NCBI GenBank assembly: GCA_007134675.1
Contig: SLKJ01000001.1
Span: forward strand, 1-60,931
Length of the DNA stretch: 60,931 bases
Reading direction: 5' to 3'
Source: Bacteroidales bacterium
GTDB lineage: Bacteria > Bacteroidota > Bacteroidia > Bacteroidales > PUMT01
This document shows positions 29,180-37,700 of this stretch, piece after piece (position 1 is the stretch's first letter; each line of letters opens with the position of its first letter). The notes below the pieces were generated by a model. That model did not search any database. It saw only the letters and a list, made by a program, of their open reading frames with translations, and was not told the origin of the DNA. The translations under genes and the position numbers were made by a program.

Positions 29180-29671
29180 TTATTCCCGGTTCTGGCCGGG
29201 CGGGCCACCGGGACCCCTTCCGGGTCCGCCTCCCCTGACTCTCCTGAGAAGCTGCATTCTGAAGATGTTTTCGGCTTCGTAGAGTCGCATTACTTTTACG
29301 GGGGGGATCACCGACTTGAATTTATGATGATACTCTTCAGCAAGTTCAGCCTCCTGGACCTGGAGAGCAATATACCTGTCCGCCATCTCCCCGGCTTCCT
29401 TATCCCCAAGGTTTATGTAGTTTTGCCGGAAGGATCTTGAAATTTCCTGGCGCTCCCGTGAGAGAAGTTCCCTGCTGTTCCGGAAAGCATCATATACCGG
29501 CCAGAACCTTTTTGCTTCATCACTGGTAAGCTCAAGGTAACGGGTGATAAATGCTATCCTTTCTGCTTCAACCTGTTCAAAACCACCACGCCCCCTCTGG
29601 TACTGAGGTTGTGCTGCAATATTGATGAAGATGAGCAGAAGTGTTGCTGTTATAAATATATATTTTGACAT
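29180..29671 (-). CDS. Periplasmic helical protein associated with ECF sigma/anti-sigma
   Basis: Signal peptide from ATG 29671; ERIAFITRYLELTSDEAKRFWPVY motif typical of the third gene of Bacteroidota ECF trios. Confidence 0.7.
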   Translation of the reverse strand: MSKYIFITATLLLIFINIAAQPQYQRGRGGFEQVEAERIAFITRYLELTSDEAKRFWPVYDAFRNSRELLSRERQEISRSFRQNYINLGDKEAGEMADRYIALQVQEAELAEEYHHKFKSVIPPVKVMRLYEAENIFRMQLLRRVRGGGPGRGPGGPPGQNRE

Positions 29672-29705
29672 AATTGTCAGCTTAAAGTTACAATTCACAA
29701 TTCAG

Positions 29706-30176
29706 TTAAAATTCAGTTAAAATGAGATCGAGATCAATATCTTCATTGTAAAGATAGTCTATATAAATATCGGGATCTTCAGACCAGGTATATGAGTAAG
29801 GATACGTTGCATCTTCAAAATAGAAATCTTCCTCTTCAAGCAGGCTCATGAAGTAAGGTTCAATGAAATCATACTGGTAATAATCTATATATTCAGCCAC
29901 TGCTTCATTGCTGGGCCATTCATCGTTTGTTCCAATAAAACTCCTGAAACCAAAGTATCCTAACATGGCAAAAGCTGTAATAACTGCTGCAAGTGCAAGT
30001 TGCGGGCGGATGGTTTCCCATATCCGCTTTGTTATCAATATATTTGCTGGCACCTCACTTTGAAGCTTTTCGGTAAGTTTTACCGGAAAACTGTCAAAAT
30101 AACCATCAGGTAACGAGAAGGGGTTCCTTTTATCTGCACCTTCAGGTATTTTTCCTGTATTTCGTTTTTCTCCCAT
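29706..30176 (-). CDS. Putative anti-sigma factor-like membrane protein
   Basis: NPFSLPDGYFDSF motif and a single TM; follows the ECF sigma. ATG 30176 chosen because a TATTTTTG box sits at 30192-30199. Confidence 0.68.
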   Translation of the reverse strand: MGEKRNTGKIPEGADKRNPFSLPDGYFDSFPVKLTEKLQSEVPANILITKRIWETIRPQLALAAVITAFAMLGYFGFRSFIGTNDEWPSNEAVAEYIDYYQYDFIEPYFMSLLEEEDFYFEDATYPYSYTWSEDPDIYIDYLYNEDIDLDLILTEF

Positions 30177-30211
30177 GATGTTAGATTTTGACAAAAATAA
30201 AAGCTGTTGGT

Positions 30212-30760
30212 TTAATTGTTTTTCAGCAAAGTTTCTATTTTTTTTGCCGCATGATGATATGAGGCTTTAAGAGCACCGACTGAAGTGTCTAGAATCTTTG
30301 CCATATCTTCATACTTTATCTCATCAAAATATCGCATATTGAATACCAGACGTTGCTTCTCAGGAAGTTTCAGGATAGCTTTTTGCAGTCTTTTCTGCAG
30401 CTCATCTCCATCGAAATAGCTGTCATCTTCAAGATTTGAACTGAGTTCTTTTTCAACATCCACAATGGGTAGGAGATATTTTTTCCGTTTGTTTTTAAGG
30501 AATGACAACGCTTCATTGGTGGCGATCCGGTAAAGCCATGTGTAAAGTTGCGACTCCTCCCTGAAATCTGCCAGACCCTTCCAGGCTTTTATAAAGGTTT
30601 CCTGCAGCAGGTCATCAGTGTCATCGTGCACTATAACCATTTTCCTCAGGTGCCAGTACAACCTTTCCTGGTATTTTCTGACTATAAGATTAAATGCATA
30701 ATTTCTCTGATGCGTGTTACGAAACAGTGATAGCAACTCCTTGTCGCTGTAATTCTGCAT
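30212..30760 (-). CDS. ECF-type sigma-70 factor
   Basis: Region 2 DDLLQETFIKAW...TWLYRIATNEAL; region 4 LPEKQRLVF...YEDMAKILDTSVGALKASYHHA. Confidence 0.94.
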   Translation of the reverse strand: MQNYSDKELLSLFRNTHQRNYAFNLIVRKYQERLYWHLRKMVIVHDDTDDLLQETFIKAWKGLADFREESQLYTWLYRIATNEALSFLKNKRKKYLLPIVDVEKELSSNLEDDSYFDGDELQKRLQKAILKLPEKQRLVFNMRYFDEIKYEDMAKILDTSVGALKASYHHAAKKIETLLKNN

Positions 30761-30875
30761 TGATTTTTAATTGGAAAAACTTACAGGTAAACATCATTGG
30801 ACCTGTGCAGCATAAAAAGGTTTAATATTCTTAAAAAAAAAGAACAGATCCAATCATCATAGATTCTGAATCCTG

Positions 30876-32924
30876 CTATTTATTATACTCAGACAGATAG
30901 GCATATACCTGCCTGAATACATTTTCCGGTGTAAATCCGAATTTTTCATCAAGAACCCCAGCAGGAGCTGAATAACCGAAATGATCCAGCCCAAATACTC
31001 TTCCCCTGTTTCCGACCACCTGACGCAGTGCCGAAGGTAATCCCGCAGTCAGTCCGAAAACAGGAGTGTTTTCAGGGATCAGTGCGGATTGGTATGCGGG
31101 GGATTGCTGACGGAACAGTCCTTCTGAAAGGAGTGAAATAACCCTTATCTTCAGGTTTCTTTTTTCCCTGAGCAACGCAGCACCTTCAACCAGTGTTGAT
31201 ACTTCAGAACCGCTTCCAACCAGTATCACGTCATTGTTTGCGCCGTCATCCTGCACGATATATGCTCCTTTTTCTGCATCAAGTGCTGCAGTATAACGGT
31301 CCTTACCTTCCGGTGGGGGAATATCCCTGATGTTCTGTCTTGAAAGGATAAGTGCTGTAGGTGTTTTTGTGTTTTCCATTGCCATTTTCCAGGCAATTGT
31401 TGTTTCCACTGCGTCGGCAGGCCTTAATACAAGCATCGAGGGGTGGCCGGAATGATTTTTCAACTCCTCCATCAGCCGGATCTGGGCCTCATGCTCAACC
31501 GGCTGGTGTGTTGGCCCGTCTTCGCCAACCCTGAAAGCATCATGTGTCCATATATACTTAACCGGAAGCTCCATAATTGCTGCGAGCCGCACAGCAGGCT
31601 TCATAAAGTCTGAAAAGACAAAAAAGGTTCCCACTGCAGGTATCACTCCACCGTGAAGTGCCATTCCGTTGGCAATAGCTGCCATGGTAAGCTCAGATAC
31701 TCCTGCATGAAGAAACGCACCTGTAAAATCGCCCTTTGTGAAAGCCTTTGACTCTTTCAGAAAACCATCAGTCTTATCACTGTTGGAGAGATCGGCCGAT
31801 GCAACAATCATATTTTCAATGGTTCGTGCGAAATGGCCAAGTACAATTCCCGAGGCTGCCCTGGTCGCTATGCCGGGTTTCTGTACTATTGCTGAGTAGT
31901 CTGTTTCTTTTGAGCTTCCCAGTAGAAACCGGCCAAGCTTTTCTGCCAGTTCCGGATTCTCCTTTTCCCATCTCTTCTGCTCGTTTTTTCTGGCTTCAGC
32001 TGCGGCTTTCTTTTGCTCCATCAGGTTGCTGAAGTGCATCCCGACATCTTCAAAAATTTTAAACGGATCGGAAGGATCGCCCCCAAGATTTAAAATAGTC
32101 TTTTTAAAGTCCGCCCCGGCAGCCGATAAAGGCATTCCATGGGTGGACGGCTGACCTTCAAACGACTTTTCATGTTCTGTTAAAGATCCTTTGCCCATTA
32201 TTGTCCTGCCAATTATAAGCACTGGTTTTTCTTTCTCATCATTGGCTTTCTTAAGGGCTGTTCTTATTTCATGCTGATTGTTCCCGTCAATTGAAAGGAC
32301 TCTCCATCCCCATGCTTCATATTTCTTTGCGGTGTCCTCCTTCGTGACTTCATGGGTTGTGGTAGAGAGCTGAATTTCATTTGCATCATAGAACATTATC
32401 AGGTTGCTGAGTCCGAGAAATCCTGCTATCCGCCCGGCTCCCTGGGATATCTCTTCCTGCACCCCTCCGTCTGAGATAAAGGTATATGTCTTATGAGAGA
32501 TCCATTCGCCAAAACGGGCAGCAAGAAAGCGTTCTGCGATTGCCGCCCCGATAGCCATTGCATGTCCCTGACCAAGTGGTCCGGAAGTGTTTTCTATCCC
32601 TCTTGAAAGGTCTTTTTCGGGGTGTCCGGGAGTGGGACTGCCCCACTGGCGGAAGTTTTTCAGATCGTCCATACTGTAATGACCGGTAAGACACAGTATG
32701 GAATAGATCATAGGTGACATATGCCCGGGATCCAGAAAGAACCTGTCACGCAGGAACCATTCCATATCATCGGGATCAAAATTCAGAAATTCGGAATAGA
32801 GAATATTAATAAAATCGGCTCCGCCCATGGCTCCTCCCGGATGCCCTGATTTTGCCTTTTCAACCATAGCTGCTGAGAGTATACGGATATTGTCGGATGC
32901 CTTGTCGGTAAGTTCTTTGTTCAT
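30876..32924 (-). CDS. tkt: Transketolase
   Basis: SGHPGGAMG, RDRFFLDPGH, TPGHPE, SGPLGQG, GEDGPTHQPVE. Confidence 0.96.
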   Translation of the reverse strand: MNKELTDKASDNIRILSAAMVEKAKSGHPGGAMGGADFINILYSEFLNFDPDDMEWFLRDRFFLDPGHMSPMIYSILCLTGHYSMDDLKNFRQWGSPTPGHPEKDLSRGIENTSGPLGQGHAMAIGAAIAERFLAARFGEWISHKTYTFISDGGVQEEISQGAGRIAGFLGLSNLIMFYDANEIQLSTTTHEVTKEDTAKKYEAWGWRVLSIDGNNQHEIRTALKKANDEKEKPVLIIGRTIMGKGSLTEHEKSFEGQPSTHGMPLSAAGADFKKTILNLGGDPSDPFKIFEDVGMHFSNLMEQKKAAAEARKNEQKRWEKENPELAEKLGRFLLGSSKETDYSAIVQKPGIATRAASGIVLGHFARTIENMIVASADLSNSDKTDGFLKESKAFTKGDFTGAFLHAGVSELTMAAIANGMALHGGVIPAVGTFFVFSDFMKPAVRLAAIMELPVKYIWTHDAFRVGEDGPTHQPVEHEAQIRLMEELKNHSGHPSMLVLRPADAVETTIAWKMAMENTKTPTALILSRQNIRDIPPPEGKDRYTAALDAEKGAYIVQDDGANNDVILVGSGSEVSTLVEGAALLREKRNLKIRVISLLSEGLFRQQSPAYQSALIPENTPVFGLTAGLPSALRQVVGNRGRVFGLDHFGYSAPAGVLDEKFGFTPENVFRQVYAYLSEYNK

Positions 32925-33016
32925 CAGTTTAATGATTTTGCAGGTTAATTATTTCATCTTGTTCTTAAAATGTGATCAAAGATGAAAAAAATTAATACTC
33001 ATTATTTATACGATTG

Positions 33017-33024
33017 CAAAAATA
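33017..33024 (-). promoter_or_regulatory. -7 promoter box TATTTTTG for tkt
   Basis: Matches TAnnTTTG in the divergent tkt/ychF intergenic region. Confidence 0.5.
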
Positions 33025-33094
33025 ACTTTTTAAGCCATTAATCCGGCATAAAAAAGTAATTTTACAAATCAGAAAATAAAAACCGGTAGACCAG

Positions 33095-34192
33095 ATGGCT
33101 TTACAGTGCGGAATAGTCGGCCTCACTAATTCAGGAAAAACCACCATTTTCAATTGCATATCAAATACAAGGGCAAAATCTTCAGCTGCTGCCTTTAGTG
33201 TCTCAAAATCCAATGTCGGGATGGTCCGGGTTCCCGACAATCGTTTGTATGAGCTGGCCAGGCTTCAGCCTGCTCAAAGGATAGTGCACACAACGATTGA
33301 TTTCGTTGATATTCCCGGACTTGCAAGGGGGGCTGGAGCCGGTACGGGTGTCGGCAACAGGTTTCTTGCCGACATAAGGAATACCGACGCATTGATTCAT
33401 GTGCTGCGATGCTTTGATAATGAATCCCTTCCTCATTTAGAGGGTTCTGTAAATCCTGTAAGGGATATGGAGACTGTTGATCTTGAATTACAGGCAAAGG
33501 ATCTTGAATCGGTTGAAAAAAAGATTGCAAAAACAGAAAAACTGTTAAAAATTGGGGATAAAGCAGCCGTAAATACTATGGAGGTTCTTCAGATGTACAG
33601 GGAGCATCTTGAATCTTTCCAATCTGTCCGAACACTTGAAATTGATGAAAGGGATAAAAATATTGTCGCTGACCTGTTTCTGCTCTCTGCCAAACCTGTA
33701 ATATATATCTGCAATGTTGACGAAGCTTCTGCAGTAACCGGAAATAATTATTCAGATCAGGTAAAAAAAGCACTCGAGGCACAGGATTCTGAAGTGCTTA
33801 TTATTGCTGCTGAACTGGAAGCAGGAATTGCAGAGCTTGAAAATGAGAAAGACAGACTTGATTTTCTTAATGATGCCGGTTTGAATGAACCCGGAGTCAA
33901 TAAGCTGATACGGGCGGCTTACAGGCTACTGCAGTTAAAGACATTTTTTACAGTTGGCCCCAGGGAGATAAGGGCATGGACAATTTCCGGTGAAATGAAT
34001 GCTCCCCGTGCTGCAGGTGTTATTCACAGTGACATGGAAAGGGGATTTATCAGGGCGGAGGTTATTAAATACGACGACTTTGTTTCTCTTGGTTCGGAAT
34101 CAGCATGCCGGGAAAAGGGGAAAATCTCAATTGAGGGCAGGAATTATATTGTACAGGACGGAGATATCTTAAATATACGGTTCAATGTTTAA
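33095..34192 (+). CDS. ychF: YchF/Obg-family ATPase (divergent)
   Basis: CGIVGLTNSGKTT, FVDIPGL, GNRFLADIR, NVDE, TFFTVGPREIRAW, AAGVIHSDMERGFIRAEV, YIVQDGDILNIRFNV. Confidence 0.9.
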   Translation: MALQCGIVGLTNSGKTTIFNCISNTRAKSSAAAFSVSKSNVGMVRVPDNRLYELARLQPAQRIVHTTIDFVDIPGLARGAGAGTGVGNRFLADIRNTDALIHVLRCFDNESLPHLEGSVNPVRDMETVDLELQAKDLESVEKKIAKTEKLLKIGDKAAVNTMEVLQMYREHLESFQSVRTLEIDERDKNIVADLFLLSAKPVIYICNVDEASAVTGNNYSDQVKKALEAQDSEVLIIAAELEAGIAELENEKDRLDFLNDAGLNEPGVNKLIRAAYRLLQLKTFFTVGPREIRAWTISGEMNAPRAAGVIHSDMERGFIRAEVIKYDDFVSLGSESACREKGKISIEGRNYIVQDGDILNIRFNV

Positions 34193-35915
34193 GCATTTCT
34201 TCATAAAATCAATCCTGTCTCTTTTTTTATTGCTGTTTACGGGAGTCTTCTCAGTTTCTCAGGAACATTTTGTTAATGATACTGCCATGGCCCGGAAATA
34301 TCTCAGGGAGAGGGGGGAGGTATATTTCAGCTTTTCCGTCCCGACTCTGGAGCTCCGCCGCCTCAGTAATATTGTTTCTGTAGATAGTTACTCAGATGGC
34401 AGGGCATTTGCAAATGCCAACTCAGAAGAATTTGAACTGTTTCTCAGGGAGGCTCTCGAATTCACTGTTTACACCCCTCCCGGTGAGTGGTACCGGGAGA
34501 AAAGGAGGGTTGAGGGGCTGTGGAATTACTACCCAACCTACCCGGAATATGTTGATATGATGCAGTCCTGGGCTGATGATTATCCCGAAATTTGCGAATA
34601 TGTTGATGCTGGTGCCACCGTTGAGGGCAGACGGATTCTGTTTTTAAGGATTACGGGAAAAAAATCCAATAATGAACCAAAACCTGCATTCATGTACTCA
34701 TCAACCATGCATGGTGACGAGACAGTGGGTTATGTTTTGTTATTGAGGCTTATTGAATACCTGCTTGCTAACTATTCTGAAAACGGGCAGGTGGAAAGGT
34801 TACTGGATGATATTGAAATATGGATCAACCCTCTTGCCAATCCTGACGGAACCTATTTCGGAGGTGATGGAAACACGATTGTTTCTCCTAAAAGACGAAA
34901 TGCAAACAATATTGATCTTAACCGTAATTTTCCTGTACCTGGAAGCCCGGATTATACAAAAACGGATCGCGAACCGGAGACTGCCATCATGATGGAGCTC
35001 ATCGAATCAGGGCAATTCGTTTTATCGGCCAATCTCCACGGAGGAACAGAGGTAATGAATTACCCCTGGGATCTGTGGGGAAGGAGGCATGCTGATGATG
35101 CCTGGTTCAGATATATATGCAGGGAATATGCCGATACAGCCATGCATTACAGTCCCCCCGGTTATATGACCTTTCTCGGGGGAGTGACAAATGGCTATGA
35201 CTGGTACTCTGTTACCGGGAGCAGGCAGGACTATGTGACCTATTTTACTGGTGGCAGGGAAGTTACCATTGAAATAAGCATGGATAAGCATCCTCCTCCT
35301 GATTCACTTCCCGGATACTGGGACTATAACGTACGGTCCCTTCTAAATTACATGGAGCAGGCCATGTTTGGCATAAGGGGCTATATAACTGATGCGATCA
35401 CAGGGGCGCCTGTTGTTGATGCCAGAATTGAAATAAAGTATCATGATAATGACTCATCACAGGTTTTTTCAGATCAATCAACCGGTTGGTATTTCAGGCT
35501 GATTAATGAGGGCACCTATAATATGAGGTTTTCTGCCGAAGGCTATAATCCTCTTATAGTGGAAGATGTGGAGGTCAGAAACCGAAAGGTCACAAGGCTT
35601 GATGCACAGATGGAGCCGGTTTTTGTAAAATCTGATATTACTTTGAAAGAACTGGAGAAAGGTCTGAGTATCTACCCTCTGCCTGCCCGTGATATTGTAA
35701 ATATCAGAATTGATTTGCCTCGGAAAGCTCCTCTTCATATTGATATCTATGATCAGTCGGGCAGGAAATTAACCCGGATTTACAGGGGTTGGGCAGTGGG
35801 AGAACCAAAACATATTTCATTCAGTACTTTTGATATTCCCGGAGGTACATATATAATAAGAATGAAATATGGAAGTTCTTATATCAGCCGGAGATTTATC
35901 ATTACCGGTTGGTGA
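34185..35915 (+). CDS. M14 zinc carboxypeptidase with T9SS C-terminal sorting domain
   Basis: MHGDE, NPDG, RRNANNIDLNRNF, NLHGG, TIEIS; carboxypeptidase regulatory-like domain; CTD IYPLPARD...GTYIIRM...SRRFII. Confidence 0.9.
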   Translation: MFKHFFIKSILSLFLLLFTGVFSVSQEHFVNDTAMARKYLRERGEVYFSFSVPTLELRRLSNIVSVDSYSDGRAFANANSEEFELFLREALEFTVYTPPGEWYREKRRVEGLWNYYPTYPEYVDMMQSWADDYPEICEYVDAGATVEGRRILFLRITGKKSNNEPKPAFMYSSTMHGDETVGYVLLLRLIEYLLANYSENGQVERLLDDIEIWINPLANPDGTYFGGDGNTIVSPKRRNANNIDLNRNFPVPGSPDYTKTDREPETAIMMELIESGQFVLSANLHGGTEVMNYPWDLWGRRHADDAWFRYICREYADTAMHYSPPGYMTFLGGVTNGYDWYSVTGSRQDYVTYFTGGREVTIEISMDKHPPPDSLPGYWDYNVRSLLNYMEQAMFGIRGYITDAITGAPVVDARIEIKYHDNDSSQVFSDQSTGWYFRLINEGTYNMRFSAEGYNPLIVEDVEVRNRKVTRLDAQMEPVFVKSDITLKELEKGLSIYPLPARDIVNIRIDLPRKAPLHIDIYDQSGRKLTRIYRGWAVGEPKHISFSTFDIPGGTYIIRMKYGSSYISRRFIITGW

Positions 35916-35954
35916 GGAGTTAATTTTTATATCGTTCGATACTTTTCTGTCAAA

Positions 35955-36038
35955 ATGTTCTCAACTATACTCTCAACTATGCTCTCAACTATGTTCTCAA
36001 CTATGTTCTCAACTATGTTCTCAACTATGTTCTCAAGT
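35955..36038 (+). repeat. 7 x 12-bp tandem repeat (ATGTTCTCAACT consensus)
   Basis: Units: atgttctcaact, atactctcaact, atgctctcaact, 3x atgttctcaact, atgttctcaagt. Confidence 0.95.
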
Positions 36039-37658
36039 AATTCTTCAGATTATTTACTGCGATTTTTTGTGGTCTTTTTTATGGTTTTCCGGCCCGGAGA
36101 AGAGGCACGGAGTGAATCAAAAAGTGTAGCTGAGGGCCCCGATCTGATCGTTGGGATAGTTGTGGACAAGATGCGTTATGACTATCTGACCAGGATGTGG
36201 GACAGGTTCGGTGATGGTGGTTTCAGGAGGCTGGTTTCAGAAGGGAGTTCATTCAGTAATGCGAGGTATGATTACCTGATCAACCAGTCCGCTCCCGGTT
36301 ATGCCACTATCTTTACCGGGGCAAACCCATCAGCCCACGGCATTATATCCGATAAGTGGTATGACAGGCTGAGAGATGAAATGGTGTCGGCTGTGTACAG
36401 TGATAATGCTGTTGCAGTGGGTGGCTCGTTCGTAAATGGGAAGAGGGCGCCTTCCGGACTGCTGGCCGGCACGTTCGGTGATGGACTCCGAATGGCAAAC
36501 GATTTCAGGTCAAGGATATTCTCCGTTTCTCTTAATGATGCCGCATCAATAATATCAGGCGGGTTTTCTGCAAACACAGCATGGTGGTTTGATAATGCCA
36601 GCGGTACATGGATGAGCAGCAGTTATTACATTGATTCGCTTCCGGATTGGGTTGAAGAATTCAATACCAGGATGCTGCCCGACACCTACCTGAAAAGGAA
36701 GTGGGAGCCTGTAGCTGAAAGATATTCTTATTTCAGGGTTGGCAAAGAGCCGAAACCGGATGCTTTTCAATATGATTTGAAACGTATGAGACGAAGGGGC
36801 GATGATTATGAACTTTTACGTTCCATACCATATGGTAACACCTTTACCAAGGATTTTGCACTGAACCTGATTCTTAATGAACAACTTGGGAAAAGGAACA
36901 GTGCAGATATGCTGATAATCGGATTTTCTGCTACCGCTGAAATTGACCGCAAGTATGGTACTTTTTCGATGGAAGTCCAGGATACCTATCTCCGGCTTGA
37001 CCGGGATATAGCCCATTTACTTGATTTTCTGGATGAGCATTTCGGCAGGTCACGGATACTGGTTTTTCTCACTTCTGACAGAGCTGTTTCATATCCTGCT
37101 TCCTATAATAACTATGCCCGGATACCAGGTGGGACTTTCAGTCCGGGTATGGCCATGTCGCTGTTGCGAAGTTACCTGAATGTTACCTATGGGCAGGGCG
37201 ACTGGGTAAGTACCTATAATGCGGGTATGGTCTACCTGAATCACAATTTTGTTGAGGACAATAATATACAGCTGGATGAAATACAGAAAAGGGCTGCCAG
37301 ATTTCTTAACCAATTTTCAGGGGTAGCAGGTACCCTAGCGGAGGATGTTCTCAGAAGTAATTATTTTTCATCCGGTGTTCAGGCACAGATTCAGGCAGGA
37401 TTTCACCCGAAGCGCTCGGGAGATATAATGATCTATCTCCAGCAGGGATGGTTTGAAAGAAGCCTGTCGGGCGATCAATTAAGCCTTATCTCCTATGACC
37501 GGCATGTACCTCTTATCTTTTATGGATGGAATATTGATAGCAACAGTTTCAGAAGTGAGGTCGGGGTGGTTGATATTGCTCCTACCATCTCACTTTTACT
37601 TGACATTCCTATTGCTCCGTTTACCAGTGGTAAGCCAATAATGGAACTTATCCGGTAA
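35955..37658 (+). CDS. Alkaline phosphatase superfamily protein, PafA-like (active site degenerate)
   Basis: PDLIVGIVVDKMRYDYL...GGFRRLV, TGANPSAHGII, DTYLRLDRDIAHLLDFLD, YDRHVPLIFYG, DIAPTIS. Start ambiguous (six in-frame ATGs in the repeat). Confidence 0.85.
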   Translation: MFSTILSTMLSTMFSTMFSTMFSTMFSSNSSDYLLRFFVVFFMVFRPGEEARSESKSVAEGPDLIVGIVVDKMRYDYLTRMWDRFGDGGFRRLVSEGSSFSNARYDYLINQSAPGYATIFTGANPSAHGIISDKWYDRLRDEMVSAVYSDNAVAVGGSFVNGKRAPSGLLAGTFGDGLRMANDFRSRIFSVSLNDAASIISGGFSANTAWWFDNASGTWMSSSYYIDSLPDWVEEFNTRMLPDTYLKRKWEPVAERYSYFRVGKEPKPDAFQYDLKRMRRRGDDYELLRSIPYGNTFTKDFALNLILNEQLGKRNSADMLIIGFSATAEIDRKYGTFSMEVQDTYLRLDRDIAHLLDFLDEHFGRSRILVFLTSDRAVSYPASYNNYARIPGGTFSPGMAMSLLRSYLNVTYGQGDWVSTYNAGMVYLNHNFVEDNNIQLDEIQKRAARFLNQFSGVAGTLAEDVLRSNYFSSGVQAQIQAGFHPKRSGDIMIYLQQGWFERSLSGDQLSLISYDRHVPLIFYGWNIDSNSFRSEVGVVDIAPTISLLLDIPIAPFTSGKPIMELIR

Positions 37659-37700
37659 GCATTTGCAGATTTTAAATCCGGGTTATCGGCAACAAAAATT

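Noticed and set aside
35955-36038. Possible CRISPR array
   Set aside because: 12-bp head-to-tail units with no spacers and no cas genes.
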